From assembly GCA_040007635.1 (NCBI GenBank), contig JBDTUR010000001.1, positions 9,205-73,204 on the forward strand: a stretch of DNA of 64,000 nucleotides. The letters run 5' to 3'. Numbering within the stretch: the stretch's first letter is position 1; the number at the start of each line of letters is the position of its first letter. Under the pieces are notes generated by a model. It did not search any database. It was not told the origin of the DNA and saw only the letters and a program-made list of their open reading frames with translations. Below, in pieces: positions 27,068-35,813 of the stretch. Origin of the DNA: Chloroflexota bacterium (lineage in GTDB: Bacteria > Chloroflexota > Limnocylindria > Limnocylindrales > CSP1-4). The position numbers and the translations under genes were made by a program.

Positions 27068-28374
27068 TGAAGGTCCTCGAAGGCAAGCACCGTCGGGCCC
27101 TTGTCGGCGATGCGTTCGAAGAACGTTCGCCAGGCACTGAACAACTGCTCGCGCGCACCCCAGTCGGCCTCGTCGATGCCGAGCAGGACGCCCAGGGCCG
27201 GCTCCAGCCAGCGCCGCTCCTGCGCATCGGGGACGAAGTCGTCCAGCGTCTTGCGCAGCTTTTCGCGGGTCGAGGCCTCGTCTTCGCCCTCGGTGATGTG
27301 GGCCCGGCGGCGGACCATCTCGCCCAGTGCCCAGAAACTGACTCCCTCGCCGTAGGACGGCGAGCGACCCTGGTGCCAGTAGTAGAGCTCGGGGCCGGCC
27401 AGCCCGTCGAGGTACTTCTCCAACTCCCAGATCAGGCGGCTCTTGCCCATGCCCGCCTGGCCCGTGATCGCGACCATGCGCAGCTTGTGCTCACGCTCGG
27501 CGGCATGGAGCTGGTCCTTCAGCAGGTGCAGCTCCTCGTCGCGGCCGACAAACGGCGGCTCCAGACCTTCCTCGCGCCCCGCACCGCCTACGCGGGCAAC
27601 GACGCGCAGCGCGCGCCAGGCGGCAACCGGCGCCTGCTTGCCCTTGAGCAGCTGCTCACCCGCCGGTTCGTAGGCGATCGCCGCTCTGGTCGCCTGTTGG
27701 GTCGTTTCACCGACCAGCACCACGCCCGGCGGAGCGATCGACTGGAGCCGCGACGCGGTGTTGACCAGGTCGCCTGCAACCATCCCCTCGCCGGTCAGGC
27801 CGACAGTCACGGCCGCCTCGCCCGAGTGGACGGCGGCGCGCAACTCGATCGGTGCGCCGCTCAGGCGCAGCTCCCGGACTCGGCTGACCAGCTCCAGCGC
27901 GGCGCGCACGGCACGCTCGGCGTCGTCCTCGTGGGCGAGCGGAGCGCCCCAGACCGCCATCACCGCATCGCCGATGAACTTCTCGATCGTGCCGGCGTAG
28001 CCCGCGATCACCTCGCGCGCAACGTTGAAGTACTCCGACAGCAGCTCGCGCACCTGCTCCGGATCGTGTTGTTCGGACAGGGTCGTGAAGCCGACCAGGT
28101 CGGCGAACAGGACCGACACGTAGCGCCGCTCGGCGGCCGGGCCGGCGGGTGTCGCGGCCGCGGTCGGCCGGCGGCCGGCGTCGCCGCCAGCTGCTGCCGT
28201 TGCGGACGCGGCTGTGGGCGCTGAGGCAAAGGCAAAACCGCACTCCGCGCAGAACTTGGGGCTACCCTCGTAGGGCGTCGCGCAGTTGGGGCAGTTCACG
28301 GCCAGGCCAAGTCCGCACTCGGCGCAGAACTTCGCGCCGGCGAGCGTTGCGGAGCCGCAGCGAGGACAGGCCAA
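26998..28374 (-). CDS. N-terminal part of the same gene: double zinc ribbon + class III adenylate/guanylate cyclase + P-loop NTPase start
   Basis: CPRCGS..CAECG..CPNCAT..CAECG zinc ribbons; cyclase catalytic region VSVLFADLVGFT...FIGDAVMAVWG; Walker A GQAGMGKS. The frame breaks near 27045-27065. Confidence 0.75.
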   Translation of the reverse strand: MACPRCGSATLAGAKFCAECGLGLAVNCPNCATPYEGSPKFCAECGFAFASAPTAASATAAAGGDAGRRPTAAATPAGPAAERRYVSVLFADLVGFTTLSEQHDPEQVRELLSEYFNVAREVIAGYAGTIEKFIGDAVMAVWGAPLAHEDDAERAVRAALELVSRVRELRLSGAPIELRAAVHSGEAAVTVGLTGEGMVAGDLVNTASRLQSIAPPGVVLVGETTQQATRAAIAYEPAGEQLLKGKQAPVAAWRALRVVARVGGAGREEGLEPPFVGRDEELHLLKDQLHAAEREHKLRMVAITGQAGMGKSRLIWELEKYLDGLAGPELYYWHQGRSPSYGEGVSFWALGEMVRRRAHITEGEDEASTREKLRKTLDDFVPDAQERRWLEPALGVLLGIDEADWGAREQLFSAWRTFFERIADKGPTVLAFEDLQWADNGCSTSSSTCSNGRATSRS

Positions 28375-28685
28375 TTCTCACTCCAAGTGACGGGACTCAA
28401 CGGTCAGCGTACTACTCCACCCGCGCACGACCGCGTCGGTGATACGCCCTGCCAAGCAACTTCTCGCCTCCGGGACGCTAGCCCGTCGACCACGCTACCG
28501 AGACTGACGCAGGCGGGGCCTGCCCAGCCGGCAGCGCCTCAGCCAGGTGCTCCGCGGGCGATAGATTGCCCCACTGGTCGATCGCTGGGCCGCCAGTACC
28601 CCGTTAGACGCGGTGCTACATCAAGCGCCCGTTGTACGCTGTGAGCGCACTACCCAGTCATCCCCCAGTTGCCGAGGTAACTCAG

Positions 28686-29537
28686 ATGGCCCGAAACGTT
28701 CGTGGCGCGCTGCTCCAGGCGGAGTGGACCGGCGACAAAGAGTCGATGATCCAGAAGCACGAGCAGTACGCCCACCAGGCGGCCAAAGATGGCGCGCAGG
28801 TGATGCTGTTCCAGGAGCTCTTCTACGGGCCCTACTTCTGCCAGGTCCAGGATCCGCAGTACTACTCGTACACGGAGCTGATCCCCGACGGGCCGACCAC
28901 CAAGCGCATGCAGGACCTGGCCAAGCAGACGGGCATGGTCCTCATTGTCCCGATGTATGAAGAGGACGAGCACGCGGCGGGCATCTACTACAACACCGCC
29001 GCGGTGATCGACGCCGACGGCAAGTACCTGGGCAAGTACCGCAAGACCCACATCCCGCACGTCAAGGGCTTCTGGGAGAAGTTCTACTTCCGTCCCGGCA
29101 ACCTGGGCTATCCGGTGTTCGAGACCGCTGTCGGCCGAGTCGGTGTCTACATCTGCTACGACCGACACTTCCCGGAGGGCGCCCGCGCGCTGGGGCTCAA
29201 CGGCGCAGAGATGGTGTTCATCCCCTCGGCCACCTCGCGCGGCCTGTCGGAATACCTGTGGCGCGTCGAGCAGGTCTCACACGCCCTGGCGAACGGCTAC
29301 TTCGTGGGCACGATCAACCGTGTCGGCATCGAAAAGGAATTGGGCGACGACGACTTCTACGGCCAGTCGTACTTCGTCGATCCGCGCGGCCAGTTCATCG
29401 GTGATGTGGGTGATCCGCACAACGAGGAGCTGCTCGTGCGCGACATGGACCTGGACATGATCCACGAGGTCCGTAACACCTGGCAGTTCTACCGCGATCG
29501 CCGGCCGGACGCATACGGCGACCTAGTCCGACCCTAA
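28686..29537 (+). CDS. Nitrilase-superfamily carbon-nitrogen hydrolase, beta-ureidopropionase / N-carbamoyl-amidohydrolase-like
   Basis: Catalytic triad context (E in FQELF, K in YRKTH, C in VYICYD). ATG at 28686 (MARNVRGALLQ); the listed ORF start at 28632 is an upstream extension. Confidence 0.85.
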   Translation: MARNVRGALLQAEWTGDKESMIQKHEQYAHQAAKDGAQVMLFQELFYGPYFCQVQDPQYYSYTELIPDGPTTKRMQDLAKQTGMVLIVPMYEEDEHAAGIYYNTAAVIDADGKYLGKYRKTHIPHVKGFWEKFYFRPGNLGYPVFETAVGRVGVYICYDRHFPEGARALGLNGAEMVFIPSATSRGLSEYLWRVEQVSHALANGYFVGTINRVGIEKELGDDDFYGQSYFVDPRGQFIGDVGDPHNEELLVRDMDLDMIHEVRNTWQFYRDRRPDAYGDLVRP

Positions 29538-29560
29538 ACCGCCCCAGCACGATCATCGCC

Positions 29561-29941
29561 ATGAACCTGACCCGGGTCAGCCTCTACTACGTCGTCGCTT
29601 ATCTGGCGGTCGCCGGCCTGTCGCTGCTGCTCGTTCCGAACTTTGCGCTGAACCTGCTGCTCTCGAATGACGCCGATGCCTACGGCGACGTGTTCCCGCG
29701 CTTCGTCGGCATGACCCTGATCGGCCTCGACATCCTGGTCTTCCAGATCGTCCGGCTGCGCCTCGAGCAGCTCTACCAGACCACGTTGTTGGTTCGGATC
29801 TTCTTCCTCGCGGTGTTGGCCGCGCTGTTCGTGCGGAGTCACGACCCGTTCTTCCTGGTCGTGGTCGCGATCATCGCGGTCGGAGTGGCGATGACGGGTT
29901 ACGCGTATATGCGGGAGCGGCGCGGGGGAGTTGGCGGCTGA
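29561..29941 (+). CDS. Small integral membrane protein (about 4 TM), hypothetical
   Basis: Hydrophobic helices; the opposite-strand ORF 29534-29965 is D/E/R-rich and looks spurious. Confidence 0.45.
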   Translation: MNLTRVSLYYVVAYLAVAGLSLLLVPNFALNLLLSNDADAYGDVFPRFVGMTLIGLDILVFQIVRLRLEQLYQTTLLVRIFFLAVLAALFVRSHDPFFLVVVAIIAVGVAMTGYAYMRERRGGVGG

Positions 29942-30128
29942 TCGGCAAAACTTGCGGCCGTGCATACCTGATTTCTACTTCAAATGGAGACCTCCACGGG
30001 CCTGGTTCGGACGGGGCAGCGGCAGACGGCCAAGCCAGGCTCTCAACACCCGAATCGCCGTACCGATCTGCCCACTGGCGGCCGATTACGCCCGATAAGC
30101 CGACGTAGACCGCGGACGAAGGGCATGT

Positions 30129-30998
30129 GTGTCTACTTCAATTGGAATGTCGCCACGCAAGTTCACAGTCGCACCCTCTTCGACCATTGAGGATGCCGTC
30201 CGGCGGCTATGGATCTCGATGGGCATTCGGATCCGCGATGCCCGCCTTGGCCGCAAGTGGTCCGTGCCAGAGCTCGCTCGGCGGGCAGGGATTTCTCGCG
30301 CCGCCACATATCTGATCGAAGCCGGTCAGCCGACTTCGGTAGAGGCAGTCACGCGTGTCGCGAGCGCACTCGGCTTGCGCTTGGATTTCGAGCTAACCGA
30401 CACCCGCCGGCGCGCCGAGCCAAGCCCCTCGCTGACGGCGGACGTGGTTCACTCGGCGATGGGCGAATTGGAGGCAAGCCACTTCAGGAGCGTGGGGCTG
30501 CCTGTGGGTATCGACGAGCCCTATCAGCACTACCAGTTCGCCGGCCGAGCGGACGTGGTCGCGTGGGATCTCGACAAGGCGGCCCTGCTTCACCTCGAGA
30601 ACCGAACGCGTTTCCCAAACGTCCAGGAGTCGATCGGCACATTCAACGCGAAGCGCGCCTACCTCGGTGATGCACTGGCGACGCGGCTGGGTGTGCGTCG
30701 CTGGCGCAGCGAAACCCACGTCATGGTCGGCGCCTGGACGGCCGAAGTCCTGCACGCACTGCGCCTGCGCGCGGAGACCTTTCGATCCGTCTGTCCCGAT
30801 CCGCCAACTGCGTTCGAGGGCTGGTGGCACGGCACTCCACCGGAGAACGCCAGGGTCTCGATTTTGGTCGTCTTGGACCCGCTGGCGGGTCGGCGTCAGC
30901 GACCCTTCATCGGGCTCGATGAGGCGATCGCCACGGCCCGGCCGCGCTACCGCGGTTATGCCGATGCCGCGCATGTCCTGGTGCGGGGGCACGGCTAA
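30129..30998 (+). CDS. XRE-family HTH protein with an uncharacterised C-terminal domain
   Basis: HTH IRDARLGRKWSVPELARRAGISRAATYLIEAGQ; C-terminal region with ...RADVVAWDLDKAALLHLENRTR. Confidence 0.55.
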   Translation: MSTSIGMSPRKFTVAPSSTIEDAVRRLWISMGIRIRDARLGRKWSVPELARRAGISRAATYLIEAGQPTSVEAVTRVASALGLRLDFELTDTRRRAEPSPSLTADVVHSAMGELEASHFRSVGLPVGIDEPYQHYQFAGRADVVAWDLDKAALLHLENRTRFPNVQESIGTFNAKRAYLGDALATRLGVRRWRSETHVMVGAWTAEVLHALRLRAETFRSVCPDPPTAFEGWWHGTPPENARVSILVVLDPLAGRRQRPFIGLDEAIATARPRYRGYADAAHVLVRGHG

Positions 30999-31007
30999 CA
31001 TCGCCGC

Positions 31008-32198
31008 ATGGCCGTGACCTCTATTCGCCGTGTTGATCGTCTGCGCAACTCCATCGCGCCGTTCCTGGGCTTCTTCACGGGTCCCTACGCGACGCTCGAG
31101 AAGGATCCCGACGTCGCCAACTTCGCCGTTGGCAATCCCCAGGAGTTGGCGATGCCGGCCTACGTCAGGGCCGTGCGCGACCAACTCGAGCCGCGCCACA
31201 AGGACTGGTTCGCTTACAAGCTGTCCGAGCCAAACGCGCAGCGTGTCGTGGCCAACTCCATGTCAAAGCTGACCGGCCTCGAGTGGGACCCAGCCGACGT
31301 GAACATGACCAACGGCGGTTTCGCCGCCATCGCGGTGGCGCTGCGCACCCTGCTCGAGCCCGCTGACGAGGCGATCTTCCTCTCGCCGCCGTGGTTCTTC
31401 TACGAGCAGCTCATCCTCGCGGCCGACGGCGTGCCGGTCCGCGTCCGTTTCGATATGCCCGAGTGCAAGCTGGACCTGGCACGCATCGAGGCGGCCATCA
31501 CGCCGAGCACGCGGGTCGTGCTGCTCAACTCGCCGCACAATCCGAGCGGCCGAGTGGTGCCACTCGATGAGCTGAGGGGCCTCGCAGACATGCTGGCCAG
31601 CGCCTCGCGCCGGATCGGCCACGACATTTACCTGCTGAGCGACGAGCCCTACCGGCGGATCGTCTTCGATGGCCGCGAATACCACTCACCGGCCGAGGTC
31701 TACCCGGCCACCGTGGTCACCTATTCGTATGGCAAGCAGCTGCTGGCGCCGGGCATGCGCATTGGCTACCTGACGTGGCCCCCAACAATGCCCGATCGCG
31801 ACCGTCTGCGCGAGGACACATTCGTGCAGCAGCTGGGCGCCGGATTCTCCTTCCCGAACGCCGACCTGCAGCATGCCGTCGAACATCTCGAGCCGCTATG
31901 CATCGACATCCGGGCGCTTGAGCGACGCCGCGCGCGTCTCGTGGGCAAGCTGCGTGGCATGGGCTACCAGGCCACCTGGCCCGAGGGCACGTTCTACGTG
32001 ATGGCGACCTCGCCGCTGCCTGACGACGAGGCGTTCGCGCGGATCCTCAATAGCCACAAGGTGCTGGTCCTGCCGGGCACGATCGTGGAGACGCCCGGCT
32101 GGTTCCGCATCAGCCTCACGGCCTCTGATGAGATGGTCGAGCGCGGCATCCCCGGCTTTGCCGCAGCTTTCGAGGAAGCGCGACGCACCACGGCTTGA
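31008..32198 (+). CDS. PLP-dependent class I/II aminotransferase
   Basis: LNSPHNPSG, TYSYGKQLLAPGMRIGY (Lys region); 396 aa. Confidence 0.85.
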   Translation: MAVTSIRRVDRLRNSIAPFLGFFTGPYATLEKDPDVANFAVGNPQELAMPAYVRAVRDQLEPRHKDWFAYKLSEPNAQRVVANSMSKLTGLEWDPADVNMTNGGFAAIAVALRTLLEPADEAIFLSPPWFFYEQLILAADGVPVRVRFDMPECKLDLARIEAAITPSTRVVLLNSPHNPSGRVVPLDELRGLADMLASASRRIGHDIYLLSDEPYRRIVFDGREYHSPAEVYPATVVTYSYGKQLLAPGMRIGYLTWPPTMPDRDRLREDTFVQQLGAGFSFPNADLQHAVEHLEPLCIDIRALERRRARLVGKLRGMGYQATWPEGTFYVMATSPLPDDEAFARILNSHKVLVLPGTIVETPGWFRISLTASDEMVERGIPGFAAAFEEARRTTA

Positions 32199-32199
32199 G

Positions 32200-32766
32200 C
32201 TAGACCAGCTGGCAGATAACCGTGACCGCGATCTGGGCGCCGTCGCGTGCGTCGGCTTCGAGGTCCAGCGTCGCGTCCAAATCCGACAGGTCCAGAAAGG
32301 CATTCCCGTCGCCTTCCCCGCTGCCCGGGTCGATGGTGTAGCTGACACCACCATTCGGGCCGCCCAGACTGATCTTCGCCTCGAAGTCATCACTCGCGTC
32401 GTCGATCGCCACAGCGGCATCGCGCAACACCAGGTCTAGCGCGACGAAGCCATCAGGCGCGGCGTTGCTGGCGTAGTTAACGCTGAACCTGTTCTGCTCG
32501 GGCTGGCTGCGACATGCGCCCGGTGCCACGGCGCGATACGAGCCGTCGTGCGGCCCGCCCGTGATGACGATCTCGATCTCAGCTGACGGACCCGTTGGCT
32601 GGGGTGCATCGTTCGCGGAAGGTTGGGTGCTGGTCGCGCTGGGTTGGGCACTGGTGGTCGGCCCACCGCTGTGGATCGGGCTGGGCGTGGCCTGCGGCGG
32701 AACGTAACCGCCGTTGCAGGCAACTGCGGCGATGGCCACGCCGATCAAGGTGAGGGGACGTTTCAT
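32200..32766 (-). CDS. Secreted lipoprotein, hypothetical
   Basis: MKRPLTLIGVAIAAVAC lipobox (Cys+1 then NGG) and a Pro/Ser/Thr linker. ATG at 32766; the longer listed ORF extends upstream without supporting signals. Confidence 0.55.
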   Translation of the reverse strand: MKRPLTLIGVAIAAVACNGGYVPPQATPSPIHSGGPTTSAQPSATSTQPSANDAPQPTGPSAEIEIVITGGPHDGSYRAVAPGACRSQPEQNRFSVNYASNAAPDGFVALDLVLRDAAVAIDDASDDFEAKISLGGPNGGVSYTIDPGSGEGDGNAFLDLSDLDATLDLEADARDGAQIAVTVICQLV

Positions 32767-32880
32767 AGCTTCTAGGATCGCCCCATTTCCAACGACGCGT
32801 GATTCCCTCGCGGCCGGCGGCCTCAGGGCGCGGCGTATCCTTCCGCCTTCTCCTAAGCGAGCAGAGGGGCACCACGCGGA

Positions 32881-33891
32881 ATGGACTTCGGATTCACGCT
32901 CAAGCCCGATCACACGATCGAGCGAACGATTGCGCTGACTCAGCAGGCCGAGCAAGGCGGCTTCAGCCACGGCTGGCTGTTCGACTCGCACGTCCTGTGG
33001 AAGGATCCCTACCCGCTCATGACTGTTATGGCGCTCAACAGCACGCGCCTCCGGCTGGGGACGTGCGTCACCAACCCGGCGACGCGCGAACCAAGCGTGA
33101 CCGCCAGCGCCCTCGCGACGCTCAATGAGATCAGTGGCGGTCGCATGGACCTGGGCATTGGCCGCGGCGATTCAGCGCGGCGCGTGATGGGCAAGCCGCC
33201 CACGACGCTGGCCCGCCTTGAGGCCGCGACCAACGAGATCCGCGACCTGGTCGAGGGCCGCACCGTCACCGAGGACGGCACGGAGATGCACTTCACCTGG
33301 ACGCGGCGCGACAAGCTGCCCGTCTGGATCGCCGGCTATGGGCCAAAGGCGCTCGAGCTGACCGCCCGCGTTGCCGATGGGGTGATCCTCCAGCTGGCCG
33401 ATGTGGATCTCATTCGCTGGTTCGTCGGCCAGCTACGCGACTACGCCAGTGCGGCCGGCCGCGACCCGCGCCAGATCAAGGTCATGGCCGCCGCGCCCGC
33501 ACACATTGGCGCCCTCACCGATTGCCGCGACCGCGTGCGCTGGTTCCCCGCCCTCGTGAGCAACCACGTCGTGGACCTCGTGAGCAAGTACGACCCGGCC
33601 GACCTACCGCCCGGGCTGACCGCCTACGCCAGGAATCGCGCCGGCTATGACTACCTCCACCATGCCGAAGTAGGCTCCGACAACGCTGGCTTTGTGACCG
33701 ACGACGTGGTCGACCGCTTCTGCGTCATCGGCTCGGTCGACCAGCACCTCGCCAAGCTCACGGCGCTGGCTGATGCGGGCGTCGACCAATTCAACATCTA
33801 CCTCATGAACGGCGACGAGGAAGCCACGCTCGCCACGTACGCGCGCGACATCGTGCCGCGCATGAGCGGGGTCGCGGCCGCGCACTCCTGA
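32881..33891 (+). CDS. LLM-class (luciferase-like) flavin-dependent oxidoreductase, possibly F420-dependent
   Basis: TIM-barrel LLM pattern (GFSHGWLFDSHVLW..., LGIGRGDS); 336 aa. Confidence 0.75.
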   Translation: MDFGFTLKPDHTIERTIALTQQAEQGGFSHGWLFDSHVLWKDPYPLMTVMALNSTRLRLGTCVTNPATREPSVTASALATLNEISGGRMDLGIGRGDSARRVMGKPPTTLARLEAATNEIRDLVEGRTVTEDGTEMHFTWTRRDKLPVWIAGYGPKALELTARVADGVILQLADVDLIRWFVGQLRDYASAAGRDPRQIKVMAAAPAHIGALTDCRDRVRWFPALVSNHVVDLVSKYDPADLPPGLTAYARNRAGYDYLHHAEVGSDNAGFVTDDVVDRFCVIGSVDQHLAKLTALADAGVDQFNIYLMNGDEEATLATYARDIVPRMSGVAAAHS

Positions 33892-34025
33892 ATCGCGTCT
33901 TTAGGTCGCCCGCCGTAAGGTCGTCATTGGCCCCCGAAACGATATGGGCGTGGCATTCGTCGTAATCAGTTAGGAAGGTTGACCGGCCCGTTTGGGTTGG
34001 TCCAAGGGGCGTCGCACCTATACTT

Positions 34026-34943
34026 TTGGCGCCCCAGCCTTGTCCCTATGCGCATGAGAAACACGTCTTGATTTGTCCTAATTGCGGGCGGCGCAACTCA
34101 GCCGGCGCCACCTTCTGCAGCCGCTGCCACCAGCGACTGCCGCTTGCCAACAAGCTCAACGGCAACCAGCGCCGCGTGGTGATGGTCGAGCCGCGCGGCG
34201 GTGGCGGCAGCGGCGCGGTGGTGCTCGGCGTGGCCCTTCTGGCAGGCTTCCTGTTCATCGGCGGGGCGGCCGCCATCTACCTGTCAAATCCACCCGGAAC
34301 GGCCAATCCGACCGATATCGCCTACGCCTCGGGCTCGCCCACGCTGCCGCCATTCGTCCAGCCGACAGCCACGCCCAGCCCTACTCCCACGCCCACCTTC
34401 ATCCTGCTGCCGTCGGATTCACCTGCGTCCTTTTCGCCGCTGCCCACCGACACGACCGGCTTCCCCACGCCGCTGCCGACCCCCCAGCCGACTCCCCAGC
34501 GCACCCCACCGCCGACCGGTGGACCACCCACCGCGACACCCCGGCCGACTCCAGTTCCAACGCCCAAGCCTGTGGTGGCCAAGTTCACCTTCAGCGTCAA
34601 CGGCTTCGACGTCCAATTCACCGACCAGTCGAAGGGCGGACCCACTCAATGGCTGTGGGACTTTGGCGATGGCAGTCCTCAGGCAACGGAGCAAAACCCT
34701 CAGCATTCGTATGCCGCGGGCGAATACAGGAGCTATACGGTCAAGCTGATCGTTACCGGGCCTGGCGGCACGAGTACCTGGACGAGGAAGGTGACCTTCC
34801 AGCCGCCAGCCACGCCAACGCCGACGCCCACTCAAACCCTCGTGCCGTCGCCGACGCCGACGCCGACGTCGCCGACGCTGAGCGAGGCTCCGATAGTGCC
34901 GCCTCCGCCCGTTCAAGGTTCCCTGCAGAACCAGACGCCCTAA
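34026..34943 (+). CDS. Membrane protein: cytoplasmic zinc ribbon, one TM, Pro/Thr-rich linker, extracellular PKD domain
   Basis: CPNCGRR..CSRCHQRL; hydrophobic segment VVLGVALLAGFLFIGGAAAI; PKD signature WLWDFGDGS...QNPQHSY. Start codon uncertain (TTG listed). Confidence 0.55.
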   Translation: MAPQPCPYAHEKHVLICPNCGRRNSAGATFCSRCHQRLPLANKLNGNQRRVVMVEPRGGGGSGAVVLGVALLAGFLFIGGAAAIYLSNPPGTANPTDIAYASGSPTLPPFVQPTATPSPTPTPTFILLPSDSPASFSPLPTDTTGFPTPLPTPQPTPQRTPPPTGGPPTATPRPTPVPTPKPVVAKFTFSVNGFDVQFTDQSKGGPTQWLWDFGDGSPQATEQNPQHSYAAGEYRSYTVKLIVTGPGGTSTWTRKVTFQPPATPTPTPTQTLVPSPTPTPTSPTLSEAPIVPPPPVQGSLQNQTP

Positions 34944-34967
34944 CGGCGGTCCCTCGCGCGTCTACCA

Positions 34968-35804
34968 TTGACGCAAGTGGCTGACTTCGTCATCTGTCCG
35001 CGCTGTAGAGGACAGAACCCTGCCGACGCCGTCTTCTGCAACCGCTGCGGCGTGCGCCTGCTCAGCTCGGGCGTCACCTACCGGAATCGGCCCGAGAATG
35101 GCTCGAGCGGCATCGGCCAGCTGGTGCTTGGGTTGGGCGTGTTGATCCTGGCCGGGCTGGTGCTCGGTGGCGGGGCCATCCTGCTTCTCGGCAGCGCTCC
35201 CCGCCCCACGCCCACGCACGTCGCCGGCCTACCGTCCGGTTCACTGCTGCCTACGCTCTCGACGCCCTTCCCCTCGTCGGTGGCCACGCCGACGCTGCTG
35301 GTGACATTCCCGGCGACCTTCCCCTCGAGCCTTCCGCCTACACCGACTCCCTCGCTCGCGCCCACGCTGTCGCCCACCCCTACCCCCCAGCCTACCCCCG
35401 CTCCGACGCCGGTCGACTGCGCCGTGGCCAGCATCGGCCTGGACGTGAAGGAGCTCGTGCTTGGCTACGGGCATGACACAGCGCGTGGGCCAATAGGCAA
35501 GGTGTGGTGCATCCGGGACATAACCTTCCATCCTGCCTTCAACCCCGGCGTCAGCACGGGCTACGGCACGGCGAAGCTCATGCGCGGCACCAAGCTGCTG
35601 GCCCCGTACACGTGCACGACCTCCAGCTGCGGCGACGGACCGTTCGCATTCTCACCGCCGATGCGCATCAAGATCGGAACCACGCTGAGCTACCAGTTCA
35701 CGTGCCAGGACAGCACCGACACGCTCGAGGACGACTGCACCGACGCATACGCCGACGGCATGACGATCACCATCCACTACGAGGCCATCGACGGTCCGCC
35801 GTAA
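34968..35804 (+). CDS. Membrane protein: cytoplasmic zinc ribbon, one TM, Pro/Thr-rich linker, Cys-rich extracellular domain. Paralogous architecture to 34026-34943.
   Basis: CPRCRGQ..CNRCGV; TM LVLGLGVLILAGLVLGGGAILLL; the C-terminal domain has 8 Cys. Confidence 0.55.
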   Translation: MTQVADFVICPRCRGQNPADAVFCNRCGVRLLSSGVTYRNRPENGSSGIGQLVLGLGVLILAGLVLGGGAILLLGSAPRPTPTHVAGLPSGSLLPTLSTPFPSSVATPTLLVTFPATFPSSLPPTPTPSLAPTLSPTPTPQPTPAPTPVDCAVASIGLDVKELVLGYGHDTARGPIGKVWCIRDITFHPAFNPGVSTGYGTAKLMRGTKLLAPYTCTTSSCGDGPFAFSPPMRIKIGTTLSYQFTCQDSTDTLEDDCTDAYADGMTITIHYEAIDGPP

Positions 35805-35813
35805 CATTCGGCC

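Noticed and set aside
29534-29965. 143-aa minus-strand ORF overlapping the small membrane-protein gene
   Set aside because: It is highly charged, D/E/R/Q-rich low-complexity sequence, while the plus-strand ORF encodes coherent TM helices. The membrane protein is the likelier gene, though neither is certain.
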